Shown here: piece by piece, positions 1 to 13,328 of the stretch
Layout of the letters: the number at the start of each line of letters is the position of its first letter
How positions within the stretch are numbered: the first letter of the stretch is position 1
Origin: Camelus dromedarius
Lineage: Eukaryota
DNA length: 64,000 bases
Reading direction: 5' to 3'
Assembly: GCF_036321535.1 (NCBI RefSeq)
Contig: NC_087436.1
Location: 105,092,001 to 105,156,000, forward strand
Program-made: the position numbers and the translations under genes
The notes under the pieces: model-generated
Database searches by the model: none
Told to the model about the DNA's origin: nothing
Seen by the model: the letters and a program-made list of their open reading frames with translations, nothing else

Positions 1-343
1 GTGGGAGGCAGGTGAAAAACATCATCTTGTGGTTAAATAAAATTTTATACATCCACAGAATGGAACGCAATGCAACCATTAAAAATATGATATTAAGGAG
101 TTATGAGTGGCATATTACATACAATACAAAGTGGGAACAGATGTGTTCATGTATAGTATTAACAATAATTGACTTTCAGAAATGGGATTGTGGTTAATTT
201 TCTTCTTCTTTTTCATACTTTCTAGTGTTTCCCAGATTTCCTTCAATTAGCATTTCTGATTTTTAGAATTAAAAAAATAAATCAGACTTTCCATTGTTAT
301 TCAGCACTTGCCAAAATCAGTCCACCAGAGTTCATCTTTGCAG

Positions 344-517
344 GGCGCAGTGTGTTCAGAAACCTCAGGTCATCATCTCCTCCCACTCTCCATGGACACC
401 CTGATTCTGTGGGGCATGGTTTTCCATCAAACCATTTTGCTTGTCCCTTAACTGGCCTTGGCTAGAGGCTCGAGGCTTCCAGGCAGCACCATGGATGTCA
501 GATTTCTTCCTGCCTTG
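344..517 (+). pseudogene. Relic exon A (kinase N-lobe, beta3 Lys region)
   Basis: Acceptor ttcatctttgcag|, donor TTG|gtaatt, 174 bp. Frame from 345: AQCVQKPQVIISSHSPWTP*FCGAWFSIKPFCLSLNWPWLEARGFQAAPWMSDFFLP (TGA 402-404, Lys 429-431). Its phase-2 end joins the HPDN frame of the next exon. Confidence 0.6.
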
Positions 518-1169
518 GTAATTTCCATCATCAGCGTTTAGAACTAGGAGATGAAGGCTCATTACACAAAACCAAGTTAAGAATCTCCCAGGATGCACTG
601 GTTTCCTGAGGAAGCCTTGAGAGCCTGCCCCAGCATCCCCGAGGGGATGGCTGCCTCCATCTGCTGACCCCCACAGAACTGACTTAGAATTACCATCTAT
701 CCACAGTTTTACAGTGGTTTTTCTCCATGCCTCATTGGGGCTCCTCAACATTTCTTACTCTACTTAATTCAGAGCAAATTGAAGATTTGAAGGTTACGTG
801 ACCTCCCAAAGTCCTATGGCTAAAAAATGGCAGAAGTAAAACCTGAACCTTGGGTCATCTGCTTCTAAATCCCTTGTGCCTTCCGGGGAAGCACTCTATT
901 GCCTGGGGGTTCCTTTCCTTCCAGAATCACATCCTGAGGCAATTCATGGGCCACCAGGAGCCACCTTAGGTTGGCCTTAAGGATCTGTCGCTCTGGTCAC
1001 AAACTACCCCTCTGGTGAGAGCCAAGGTGTTAACAAATGCTCTACTCCTTGCAAGGAATCTAAATCGTAGAGGAGAGGCCAGTGCCTGCAAAGCTGTATA
1101 AGATCACCAGTAATTCCAGGAACAGTTTCTAAAAATGAATGTATTCCTCTCAGAGGAATAAACAACAGT

Positions 1170-2370
1170 CAAAACCCAGTAACAACTCAACATCATTACT
1201 TATCAGGGAAATGTAAATTAAAATCCTTATGAGGTTATTAATCCTTACACATCTATTGGAATGGCTAAAACTTTAAAGACTGACTGTACCAAATATTGAC
1301 AAGGAAGTGGAGCAAGGGAACCCTCGAATATTGCAGATGGAAGGGTAAACTGGTTCAACCACTTGGGAAAACTATTTGACATCATCTATTAAAGACAAAC
1401 AGGCATGCCTATCTAAGACCCAGCAAATCCAGTCCTAGGTATATATCCAAGAGGAATGAGCCCACATGTCCCTTAAAATAGATGTACATGAGTGATCATA
1501 GCAGCGTTACTAATTAGTAGCAGAAAAACAGGAAATTAACCCAATGACCATCCACAGGGAAGTGAATAAACTGTGGTATATTTGTGCAATGAAATACTAT
1601 ACAGCAATCCAAAAAGAAAAAAAAAAGACTGATACACAGAGTGACAGGAGTAAAACTCACAGGACATGAGGTTGAATGAAAGAAGCCGGATACAAAGATT
1701 GGTAAGTAGGAATGTGCCAGAGACATCTCATAATAGCTCATGAGAACTGATTGTTACATTTTCAGGAATTTTGCAAGCCAACTGTTAAATGTAGTCTTTA
1801 TTAAAAATTAAATTATTCAAACATACAACTAAGTAAATTATATTTAAGACAAAGGTAATGAATACTCCAAACTCTTGGCTTCCTAATTCTTTTACTACAT
1901 TTTTCCTGTTATCTATGTGACCGAGGCTATTTATATATATTGTATCAGTATGGTGGAAACACTGTAGAACTGCGTTCTACTGCACATCAGTTCCTATCTC
2001 TCTGTTCAGTGACCTCACCTTAATGGCTTCAAACCAGTGGTGGTGATTGCCAGGGAAATAGGCTACAAAGCAGGCTTTTTTCTTTTCTTTTTTTTTTTTT
2101 CTTTTAAATTTTGGAGAGCCTGTTGTCAAACATTTACCAGCACACCACAGGTATGATTCCATTTTTATGAAGCTCAAGAATAGGAAAAACTGATACATGG
2201 TTATTACAAGTCAGAAAAGAGGTTACCTGGAGGAGAAGCCCCCTGCCTGGGATGAGGCATGTGGGAAAACTTACAGGGTGATGGTCATGTTCTACATTTT
2301 GATCACAGTGTGTGGTTCCCTGGGTGTAAATGTATGCATGCATTTTATGTAGGTGATACCTCAGCTTAAA
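1170..2370 (+). mobile_element. Old L1 (L1M) 3' end, interrupted by a MER63-like element
   Basis: L1 ORF2-end/3'UTR motifs (gacccagcaaatccagtcctaggtatatatccaagag; aataaactgtggtata). Confidence 0.85.
1716..2149. mobile_element. MER63-like hAT non-autonomous DNA transposon
   Basis: End sequence aaacatttaccagcacaccac and internal gattgttacattttcaggaattttgcaagcc. Confidence 0.7.
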
Positions 2371-2374
2371 AATA

Positions 2375-2490
2375 GGGGGTGGAGGGCACAGCTCAGTGGT
2401 AGAGTGTGTGCTTAGCCATGGGTATTGGGTTCAGTCCCCAGGACCTCCATTAAAATAAAAAATTTTAATAAAATAAAATAATTTTCTAAA
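2375..2490 (+). mobile_element. tRNA-Ala-derived camelid-type SINE (degenerate)
   Basis: agctcagtggtagagtgtgtgcttagc...gggttcagtccccaggacctcc followed by an A-rich tail. Confidence 0.85.
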
Positions 2491-2704
2491 ACAGCTATGC
2501 TCCTGGCAGCCTCTGCTGTAGGAAAGGAGGGTGGGTTTGGCATTCCCACAGTATCTCCTGTTCTATCTCCGTGAGACAACCTGAGTTAAGAGAGATCCTG
2601 GAAGAAGAAAGAGGCTCAGTAACTATCTCCTGTGACATCTGGAGAACAAGATCTGAACTGGGCTAATCTTTATAATTGGCCACAAGTCCCCCCAGAGTAC
2701 AGAT

Positions 2705-2920
2705 GATCACAATGGCTAATGTTTATTGAGCACTGTTCTAAGTGCCTTACCTGGGTTCACTCATTTAATTCCCTCAAAACCTGAGGGGATTTTATGATTC
2801 CTATTTTTCAGAGAGGTCAAAGAGGTTAAGGACCAGCTCCAGGTCACGCAGCTGGGAAGTGGCAAAGTCAGGATCTCCAAGGAACCTGTCTCCAAGTGCC
2901 TATGTTAATCACTCCACCCT
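2705..2920 (-). mobile_element. MIR SINE
   Basis: tttattgagcactgttctaagtg...gaggttaag...ggtcacgcagctgggaagtggc. Confidence 0.75.
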
Positions 2921-2964
2921 CCTAATAATAAATTATCAAGATAATCTGTTATGTTTTTAAATAG

Positions 2965-3220
2965 TTAGCATCCAGATAACATGGCATGGTGCCCATTTCT
3001 ACATCTCCATTATCTGTACCTGTGGGAAGAGATGGGAGACGGTCCAAACATTTGGCCTCAGTAACCTGCTTCCCTGCCCTTTTGGATGTGATAAGCGCCT
3101 TGCGGAACTTGTCTGATGTGAAATTAAACTCAAGGGCAATAAAGGTGGTCAGCTGAAAATAATCCAAAAGGGGAACCTTGACTGGCAGTTTCAGGAGTGC
3201 AACTGGGTTACCTGTGCCCA
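2965..3220 (+). pseudogene. Relic exon B (kinase subdomains IV-VII)
   Basis: Acceptor tttttaaatag|, donor CCA|gtaagg. HPDNMAWCPFLHLHYLYLWEEMGDG from 2969, then after a frameshift LLDVISALRNLSDVKLNSRAIKVVS (3079-3153), then after another GNLDW (3171 on). Confidence 0.72.
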
Positions 3221-3514
3221 GTAAGGGCACTTGTTCCATCACAGAAATGGAAACTCAGAGATAACATATTATCACTGAACCTGCTAAGTTGAGTCCAGCC
3301 TCTCCAGCAAGAGAAATAGCGAAATCCTACCGTGCAGCCTGTTGCTTCTGGAAATTAATCATCCCAACTCCACCCTGTCTGAGCATGCAACTCTCCTCAC
3401 ACACAAATCTGCAGCACAACCCGTGCATCAGGAAATCCACTCACTTCTGAATGACTCTGGGTGGCTTGTGGGTTCATGGGTGGGCTGAGCTGGGAGCAGC
3501 TTTCTAAATCATAG

Positions 3515-3584
3515 AGCCCTTGCTTTTGTGGGTGGGAAGCCCGAGCTGCAGAGAGAGGTTGTGTACAGGGACCCCATGAAATAG
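3515..3584 (+). pseudogene. Relic exon C (putative subdomain VIII region)
   Basis: Acceptor tttctaaatcatag|, donor TAG|gtgaga. Reads PLLLWVG in one frame and KPELQREVVYRDPMK* in another, compatible with a frameshifted W..PE motif. Confidence 0.5.
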
Positions 3585-5460
3585 GTGAGAGAATTCGTCT
3601 CTAGCCCATCATCTAGCCTGCTGCACGTCCAATGCATTTGGTGCCAAGAAATATTTCTCCGGTATCTCAGATCCCACCCTCTGTGTCGGGACATCTAGCC
3701 TCCCCAGTGGCCGGCTCCACCATGATCATTCTGTCCCAGCCATGATATTCATTGAGTGCCTATTTTCTGCCAGCATGGTGCCTGACTGGCTTGTCAGTTG
3801 CTGAATCTTACAAGTAAAAGAGCCCTGTGTAGTGCCAGACACAAAGCGGGGTGTGGAGAGAAAAATGGCCACGGGGAAGATTGCATGCATCCAGCTCCTG
3901 GAGCTTGAGCCAGGGCTGAGTAGAGGCAGGGCAGAGCCCAGGAGGAGCCAGGGTGAAAATCTCACCTCCTCTTAGCCTTTTTCGACACTCTTGTCGTCTT
4001 GGATCCTGCCTCTCCTCTTCTCTCTCTCTCCTAGTCCCCTCTCTCTTCCTGACAGAACAGAAATAAATCGGAGTGCCAAGGTACAAAAGGGGTGGGTGTT
4101 ACACATACCTGCAGACATACACCTAAGACCCTGATCAGCTTCCCTCTTAGTCTCTAAGTGAGCCTAATCTACAAAATGAAGGGAGTTTCACAGGGCTCTC
4201 AAAGGGTTTGGAAGAGGCTATAAACATGCAAGTATATATACACACATACATTATTTGTTTTACTGTGATAGGCACACTAACAAAAAAAATGAAATGTTCC
4301 CTTTTATTATCTCCATACTCAACCTTCCCCCACCCCTAGAAAGAGAGATCAGGCTTTTAATTATGGAATTTTGCTCCTAAATCCAAATGAAAGGCATTTT
4401 GGACTTTTGGGGCCCTTGATCTCCCAGCCTTTACGTAAGATGGATCTTCAGCCTAGAACTACTGTCTCCTCCTCCTTCTTCACTTGGTCAATTCCTAATA
4501 ATACATAAGACTTAGATCAAGGGTTCCTTCTTCCTAGAAGCCATTCCTTATCTCCCCAAAATATGTTCCCTTTCTCAGGGTTCCTGAGCTGACCTCTTTC
4601 TAGTCATGCCCGTAACCCTCAGGACACAGCCTCAGAACTGGGAGTTTCTGCTTTGTGGTCCTTTTCTGGGCCACATTAATCACTGCATCCAAGGTCTACA
4701 CAGAGCAGGTGCCCAGGAAAGAATTCCCTCAAGTCAGTAGTGGGGTAATAAAATGCACTGATTCACACTAAAGTGTTGGTGACTTAAAATCACCTTTCCC
4801 AGGTGACTTTGCTTAGAGGAGGACAAAGAAAGGGGGACATAGAAAGATAAACTGCTAGTAGTGAAATTTCAGGAGGTTGGGGGTCTTTCCTAAAGCTCTT
4901 GAGAGAAGATGCAAAACTTTTCCAATGGAAAGGAACCTAGAAGTAAGTAAGTTTTGCTTATTTTCCAACTGTGCTCTGTGCCTGCCTCGAGGTTCCTGGA
5001 AAGTGGGGATGGAGTGGTGAGAAAAGATAAGGATTGGGGGATATGGCCTCAGATCCCCCTCCCCCAGTCAGGAAAGGAAGTCTGGCTAGTACGTTTTCCA
5101 TGCTAGGTTTATGTGCAAGATTTTATTTAAAGAACACCTTCTACTGCAGGGGTAAAAAATTGATCTAGTCCAACTCACCCATTTTATAGATGAGGACAAT
5201 GATGCTCAGAAAGTTAATGTCAGTTGCCCAGAAAAAAAACATCATGGGGACCCAGATCTTTTGATTCTCCCACCAGTGCTTATTTCAGTAGCTGCACTGG
5301 TCTCCAAAGCAGACTGTGCACCCAGCTGGCTGCGCCTTGGCAGGAAGGGGGCTCCCTGCATACTCTTGATTCCCTCCACCCCTTCCCAAACCACGCTCCC
5401 TTAAAGGAGGGGAACAGCTGACATGGTGAAATCACTCCATCTTACTATTCCCTTTTTCAG

Positions 5461-5595
5461 ATGATAAAACCAGGGCTCAGATTCTATAGTTCATCCTTGG
5501 TGGACCCCAAGCTGATCCAAAGAAGGAGAAACATGACAGCCTTAATGAGCTCCAGAATCACAACAGCTCTTTCCTGAGACTCTGGGGGGAAAAAA
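5461..5595 (+). pseudogene. Relic exon D (putative subdomain IX region)
   Basis: Strong acceptor attccctttttcag|, weak donor AAA|gtctgt. Contains tcagattctatagttc, which is SD(x)YS(F) if two 1-bp deletions are assumed. Ancestral frame uncertain; stops in all frames. Confidence 0.45.
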
Positions 5596-6089
5596 GTCTG
5601 TGACCACTCGTTCCTACTGCTAGGACCGACCGTTTAGAATAATTCTCCTAAGTGTTAAGATCCTTCCGGATCCTTATATCAAATTAAATACTGCCTCCTC
5701 ACTCAGGGCTGGCCGAGAGTGAGCCGAAGAGGCAACTCAAATAAAAGGTACAAAGGGTCCTGTCATCCTGGGAGATGTTTTCTTTATTTGTGTCTTCTGG
5801 AAACCAGCAGGCAGAAGACAATAGTCCTTTAAGGATTTACCACCAACTGGAACTGCAAATTACTGTAGGTGCCTCTTGAAAGCCCAAGACAAAACACACC
5901 ACAGGGAGAAAACAAGAGCTATTTCATTTTATGTGGATTCCAACTCTTAAAGTGCCCTTCCCTCCTAATAAGATTTTTTACATTTTTTTTTCTGTGCCTC
6001 TAATTTGTCTGCCTTATTGTTACTGTGGGAAATGCAGCTCTGTGAACCAAACTCAAATCAGGAGCCAACCTAGACACGCGCAGGGAAAA

Positions 6090-6280
6090 ACAGTATTAAC
6101 AGCTAGAATGTATCTAATCTACACAATCATCGTGATCCCCATTTTACCGGGGAGGAGACGGGCACAGAGAGGTTAAAAGCAACTTGCCCAAGGACACACA
6201 GCTTGGGAGACGTAGAGCTAGACTTCCAAACCCAGGCAGCCTGGGTCGAAACCCACAGCCTTAGCTACTGTACTACAGAA
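6090..6280 (-). mobile_element. MIR SINE
   Basis: ccccattttac...ggcacagagaggttaa...cttgcccaaggacacacagc core. Confidence 0.8.
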
Positions 6281-6304
6281 TCTTGACATCTTGCAAAACT
6301 ATAG

Positions 6305-6392
6305 ATCAAGGTCTCTCTGCTGGAACTCCGAAGGACACACAAAACAGCAAGACATCTGGGCATCAGGAACTTGGCTGGCCTGATTGAGAAAG
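6305..6392 (+). pseudogene. Relic exon E
   Basis: Acceptor aactatag|, strong donor AAG|gtaagc. Open frame IKVSLLELRRTHKTARHLGIRNLAGLIEK; phase-1 end matches the 19739 exon. Confidence 0.6.
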
Positions 6393-7165
6393 GTAAGCAA
6401 ACATTCCTCTAGGCAGGATCCTATATCATCTACATCATAGGACAGAGCCCCTGGGGTGAGTCAGAGACCAGTTGGGAGCACGGCAGGAGCCGTGCAGTCC
6501 AGCCACCGCCACGTGACAGCAGAAGGCAGAGACAGAGCAGGACTTTGCACTCAGGCAGATGGAATCTTGTTTCTCCTCTCACCAGTTGTTAACTTTTGGT
6601 AGAGTGTCTTATTCTCCGACTCAATTTTCTCATTTGCAAAATGGGGAAATCATTATTAAACTCCAAGGGCTGCCATAAGAACGAGAGGAGAAAACACAGG
6701 TCGTCACCCAGGTGCCAGCCTGGAGGTACTCAGAAGGCAGGACTATCTTTCCTTGCCCACCCAGGGACACACCTGCCACCCACCTTACACCACCTGGAGC
6801 CACTGCTCATCGCTTTTGGTTTGATGAGCTCATCCTCATCCTTACCATGCACTTTGTCCTGCTGTCTCCCAGACTCAGCTGGGTTTTGTAGAAAGGACGT
6901 GGACTCTTTAAAATCAAACCAGTACAAATGTGAAGCCTGGCTCTGATGTTTACGAGTTTGAGCAAATGGCTTTCTCTTGTTGAGCCTCCCTTTTTCTAAT
7001 GAGCAAGCAGAGATGCCAGTAACACCTGTTCCCAGGGCCCTTGTGAGACTGAATGTGTGAGCGCACTGGGGGCCGTGGGATCCAGGAATCTCCCCTTTAC
7101 TCCCAGCCCTCATTAAACCAAAAGCTGCTTCCTTAAGTCCCCACTGTTTGAGCCTACCTATACCC

Positions 7166-7600
7166 TGTGTTCACTTCCTAGGGCTGCCAGCACCTAGTCC
7201 CGCAGACCGGGCGGCTTACGCAGCACAAGTGTATTGTCTCACAGCTCTGGAGGCTGGAAGTGCGGGATCAGGGTGTTGGTGCAGTGAATTCCTTCCGAGG
7301 GCTTTGAGGAACAATCTGTTCCAGGCTCTTTTCCTAGTTTCTGGGTGGCCTCAGGCCTTCCTTGTGGATGGCCGTCTTCTCCCTGTGTGCTCACAGCATC
7401 TTCCCTCCACATTATCTGTCTTGGTGCCCAAATGTCCCCTTTTTATAAGAATACCAGTCATCTTGGATTAGGGTTCATCCTAATGACCTCGTCTTAACTC
7501 AGTCACCTGCAAAGACTCTATTTCCAAATAAGGCCACATTTACAGGTGGTGAGAGTTGGCACTTCAACCTTTATAGAGGGACACAACTCAGCCCATGGCA
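7166..7600 (-). mobile_element. MaLR MLT1 solo LTR
   Basis: ctcacagctctggaggctggaag...ctatttccaaataaggccacatt...gacacaactcagcccatggca. Confidence 0.85.
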
Positions 7601-9029
7601 CGCTCTATGGAATTATGCCGAAGTAGTCATCCCCCTGCTCCAGATCTCAGTACTTGGAGCACGTGGGCTCAGCATTCCTGTCTCCTCTGAGTCTCCCCTC
7701 CTCCTGTCCAGGCAGAACTGCTTCTTGGGCACAATTTCCAGATCATTCAGAATCTGCCCTCTGCTCCGGGCATTTTCAACTTTGATAGGATTTTTTGGTA
7801 GGATGCTTTTTAATGTGTTTACAAGGCCAAGCAACCATCACCACAATCCAATTTTAGAACAGCTTCTTCCTCCCAAAAGAAGCCTGTTGCTCATTCGAAG
7901 TCACTCCCTGCTCCCCACCCCACCCCTCAGGCAACCACTCATCTACTTTCTGTCTCTCCGGATTTGCCAAGGCCATTCCCAGAACAGAACAGGTTTCTCC
8001 ATAGGCAATATATCTACACAGAACACAGTGAACCCATCACTTCCCAAGAAAGAGAAACTCCCAGTCAGTGCAGCCTGTCAAGCTGGTTTCCCTTTCTTGT
8101 TGGTCCACTTGAACTTTTGAACCTGGGTACAAGAGTTTATATTTAAAACTAATTGGTGAGAATCGAATGATTCTAAACAGCTCTGAATCTGGATTTTGTC
8201 TTCTGTTTTAGCCCCCACCTTCAACAGCATCACCTCATCTGAGTCTCACTAGCACGCCTTTCCTGCCCTTCTCTCCAAGTCATCAATAAGAACGCTGAGA
8301 GCCTGCATTCTCAAAGAGGATGACATCACCCCAAAGGGGCAAAATCATTACACTTTCTATGTATAAATCATAGACACGCATACAGTATGTAAACAAGTAT
8401 ATAGTATATCATCTGTGACGTTAAAATTTCATAAAAGGAGTGGGTGTTCAGGAAAGAGTGTCTAGTGAGCATCCTTAAAGGAATAATAATGAAAAAGTGG
8501 CTGAGAAACACTAGTCCAGAGGCTCAGGCTCAGAGCAAAGCAGCACCTGAGTTCCCTGGAGGTCCCGCCAGAGCTGTCAACATCCATCAGTATAATTAAC
8601 CAACTGCAACAGAGCCCCTCCACACCAGTCGTGGCCCAATGGCCATTCTCAGACAGGCAGGAATCCAAAAGTTTCAATATGTTCTAATACGTGGTGCAAT
8701 GATACTTTCTGTAGCTAACAAAGAGGCACGTATATTAACAAATCCCTCAGCTCTAAATGGTCATTAAATCATCCATCAATTCATTCATTTAACAAATATC
8801 CACTGAGTGCCTACAATATGGCAGGCAATGGCCTAGGAGCTGGGGATAGACCAAAATAGATAAAAATCTCCATTTTCATGGAGCTTCCAAACTAGAAAGG
8901 GTTGGCATGAGGGGAACATAGATAATGAACTAAAAAGTAATTAAACTATAGAGTTATGTCAGGTGGAGATAAAGTGCCAGGGAGAAAAAAAGCCTCGTAA
9001 AAGCTATGGTCTAAGGGTATTGTCAGGTT

Positions 9030-9330
9030 ACTGAAACTATTCCATATGAAACGGCAATGATGGATACATGTCATACTGCATTTGTCAAAACCCATAGAAG
9101 TATACAACACAAAGACTGAACTTTAATGTAAAGTATGGACAGTAGTTAATAATAACATATCAGTATTTGTTCATTAATTGTAACAAATGTACCTCACTAA
9201 GATGCTAATAATAGGGGAAGTGTGGGGATGGAGGTAGAGTGGGTATAGTGAACACTATATACTATCTGCTCAATAATTCTGTAGATTTAACACTGCACTA
9301 AATAAATAAAGTCTACTTTTTAAAAATAAA
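9030..9330 (+). mobile_element. L1MC-type 3' end
   Basis: tttgtcaaaacccatagaagtatacaacacaaagactgaactttaatgta motif and A-rich end. Confidence 0.75.
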
Positions 9331-10244
9331 GCTGCACTCTGAACCCATGCAAAAACACAGAGAAAAAGAAGAGGTCAACCCTAGGATGTTTGTAATTAGA
9401 AACCTTGACAAGAAGAAAGAGTGGAAAGGAAGATGAGGAGCAGAGAAGCTGACTTCTGTCGAGTGAAATGAATCCAGGTGCCGACAGGAGTCGGGTGAAA
9501 TAGTACAACCAGGAAGAAGCAGGAGGGAATCGATTCCAAGAGATGATGCGGGACAATGGGAGCAGAGGAGCTCAAAGAAGCCACTCACAGCAGTTTTGAA
9601 AAGAGCTTTAATCATAAAATAGAAAAACCATAACTCTACTAGGAGAAGGAAAGGAAGCCAAGCTGTGATCAATTTTAAAGGGTAGTTCAGGGCCAGAAAC
9701 AAGGGAGATGGTAATCTGTTCACACAGTAGAATTTAGGAAGCAGGAGTGGAAAAGAAATTGCATGCAATTTTTAATACCCTTCTCCTAGACACAATTTCC
9801 AGTTTCAAGCTAATTAGAATTAATTTTATGAGTTTTCCCAGCTACATTGAACTATGAAGAATAAAAATGAAAACGAGGAACATTTTATTATACTTAGATT
9901 AATTCATTACAGGAGTCCAAACATCTGATAAGTTTCTCACATAGGGACTTTAAAAACCACAAGCTTGCAATAAACAGACGTGTGAGGAAAGGAATCAGAC
10001 TTTGTGGATAAGCTGACAGCGGAGCGTGATTTCATCAGCCCATGAGTCACACAAGTGAACATCGAGTCTACTATTTATACCTCTGGAAAATCACGGGGAT
10101 TGTCTGATAGGCAAAAGAGGTGCACACCCCCTGCCCCTCTCCTTAGGGAGATTAAAGTCTTATTGTAAAAGCTAGACTTACACAAAATAAAAAGAGAATA
10201 AAGGTGAATAAAATACAGATCTGCGGAACAAAATAGAGAATGAG

Positions 10245-10604
10245 TGCTGTAGACTAAATGTGTCTCCCCAGAATTCATCTGTTGAAGCCCTAATCCTCAA
10301 GGTCATGGTATTTGGAAGTGGGACCTTTGGGAGGTAATTAGGTTTAAATGAAGTCATGAGGGTGGAGTCCCATGATGGGATTAGTGCCCTTCTAAGAAGT
10401 AGAAAAGATTAGTGCTTTCTCTCTTAGCTGTATGAGAACAGCAAGAACGTGACTGTTGGCAAATCAGGAAGTGGGCTCTCACCAAATCAGCTGGCACCTT
10501 GATCTTGGACTTCTAGCCTTCAGAGCTGTGAGGAATAAATGTCTATAGTTTAAGTCAGCCAGCCTACAGTATTTTTCTTATAGCAGTCCAAACAGAGTAA
10601 GACA
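10245..10604 (+). mobile_element. MaLR MLT1A-like solo LTR
   Basis: tg...tgtgtctccccagaattcatctgttgaagcccta...cttggacttctagccttcaga...taagaca. Confidence 0.88.
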
Positions 10605-13328
10605 GGGAGGAAAAAGGGAGGTCAGATTAGGTGGGCTCAGCTAGGCTCTAGTTTTCTCTTTATCAAAAGGAAGTTTGTACATTGAGCCAGGAATGGACAC
10701 ATCTCGGGGAGTTAGGACTGTGGCAGCAATCAAGGGACCCAGGGAGGTCACCAAGACAAGGACACTAGCCAGATTAGTAGTTCTCAAATGAGAGGCACCC
10801 TCGCATCACACACCCCAGACACAGAATAATGTGGTATGTATTCTTCTCTTCGTGTCCTTATTCCAAGTCTTCCCTTCTGCCCAGGGGCTCTCATCCTTCC
10901 TCTGCCCTTTAAGGCCAAGTTCAAATTCCATCTCTGCTTAGCCTAACATTGATCTCATTTTTCTTAGAATTCCATGGATACACATGATCCATATGGTTTC
11001 CTCAGTATCCTCATATGCAATATGGTGTGGTGGGCAACACTGAATTGGCAGTGATTGAGTTTCAGTGGAGACCCACCTCTCACTAGAGGTTATCATGGGT
11101 GGATTATTTAGCAACCCAGAGCCTCAGTTTCCTCATTTACAAATCAGGGGAAATGAGAGGATTCAAAGCATCTATCCTTGAGGATGTGGGGCAACAGGAA
11201 CTCCTGTTCATTGTGGGTTTTGTGCAAACTGATTCAAGCCCTTTGGAAAACTCTGCCAGTGTTTCCTAAAGTTAAATCTATGCCTCCCCTCTGAGCTAGC
11301 AATGCCACTCCTAGGTATAAAGCCAATAGAAATGGGTGCTTATGTTCACCAGAAGATAGGAACAGCAATATTCACAGCAATTGGAATCACAATAGCCCAA
11401 AGCTGAAATAACCCCAAGTGCCCAACAGTCTCAGCCCCATAGAATAGGAGGCCTTCCTCCTCTACCCTTAACCCACTGTCATGTTCCCTTGTTGTAATTT
11501 TCTTTATCGCACTTACTAACAGAACTGGAAATTATTGCATTTTCCATTTATTTATTGGTTTAATGTTTGTCCCCACCCTTATGGGATGGCAGCATCTGTC
11601 TGAGTGATCCAAGCCCAGCAATGAGCCCTAATTAGTTGGATGGATGCAAGAATGGATGGCAATGTGAAGGAATGCATGTCTGATACTGTGCTAGAAAACT
11701 AGGAATACAAAGATTAATGACACATTTCTCTCCCACAAGGAGATCACGGTGATCAGTTCTGTTGATTCTGCCTTACGAAGGTACCCAACACTCCCCTCTA
11801 TCTGATCCCCATCATCGTTCTTCTGGCCTGTTCAGCATTTCCCCACCTGGTCTCCCTGTCTGTGGGCTCTCCCACCCCACACACCTACACACACACCTAC
11901 ACACACACACAGTCCCTGTATCACCATCAGCTGACTTACTGATTAATCAGAATTAATTCTGATCCTCATGTCCCACTGCTTCCAACCTCCTTTGGCTTCT
12001 CTCTCCAAGTCTGAACTGCTCAGAATGCCCAGCACCTGCCACCACTCACCTCCCAGCCCTGAGCATCCCTCTCTCCATCTTGTCTCCAAACCTCTCCGCA
12101 CTCCATTCTCTACCCTTTCATGCCATTCATTCTCCGAACCACCCTCTTGTCCTCCTGGGCCTCTGGCCTCTTCTTCAGTCTCCCAAATGCCCTGGGTGAT
12201 GCCTCTCTGACCCAGGAGTCTATAGCTTGAGGGCTAGAATCACTGGAGGGAGGCTGAAAACCACAGGACGCTCTCCTCAATTTGTTTCATTAATTTTTAT
12301 TGTTTCTCTCCTAATTTTTCTCAAAATACACATGCATACTTTAGATTATTGAGAGAAGCAAAGAAAAGGAATCAGAAGTTGTATTTTCTATCCAGACATC
12401 ACCTTTGGGTAACTAGAATGAACAAGTGACCCAAAGTCGCTGTCTCCGTGGCTGTGGTTTCTTCTGGGCAACTTGTCAATCTTTTTTGCCTCTGGGTGTT
12501 TATTTCATTTTGTTTTACCCCACAAAAGAAAAAGAACTGATTCCTGAAATCTTGTTTTGTAAACTGCTTTTTCTCCAAAACTTACAGTAGGATGTTTGAT
12601 TTGAGGGTAGAAGTGTGCATAGCAGATATACAGCCCAGCCAGATCTTTGAACCTCAAGCCATTAAAATCTACATCAAGGTGGAAGATTCTACATGAAAAT
12701 ACTTTTCAGGGGCACTTCAAGAAGAATTAGTATTTTCTCAAAACATGGAGGAGGGGGCGAGATGGAATTTATTTATGGTTTTACTCTTTAGTCTTTATTC
12801 CTTCAGTATCTATCCCGAGAATTGAGTTCACAGCGTCAGGGTAACAGACGTTCTCCTTCCATCATCACTGTGACCCCCTCAGACTGACACAAGGCTGTCA
12901 CAGAGCAGAGATAAAAATCAATATTGAGCTGAATAGGGTCGAATTAAACACAACTTCTGGCTAAAAGTCCCTGATCCTTCTCTTCTCCAGCTACTCAAAC
13001 TAGAAAACTTTTTGACTCATCCCTTTCCATCACCATCCAGTCCCCTGAGGCCTGGTGATTTTCCTCCCTGTGTCTTCTTGCTCACCTTCTCTTCTGTGTT
13101 CCCATCACCGTGGCACACTCTTGTGAACCCAAGCCCAGATTTCCGCTCCTGCTCATGCCTGGCCTTTGGGGTCTCCTGACTCCAGTCCACAATGTATATT
13201 ATGGCCACATAACCTTCCCAAACTGAGTTCTTCCCAGCACCCTCTGCAAAAGTCCGTGAGTGACCCCTTTGCCCAAGATACAGGTCAAATTCCTTAGGCT
13301 GTTATTCAGAGTACTACATAATCTGGAT

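Noticed and set aside
4803..4942. Exon-like segment with cccag| and |gtaagt
   Set aside because: Overlaps what looks like a MER103-type hAT relic (about 4860-5165), has stops and adds no kinase motif.
8520..8690. Short open frame LRAKQHLSSLEVPPEL...
   Set aside because: No acceptor; it appears to be the continuation of a minus-strand CR1/L3 fragment after a small DNA transposon.
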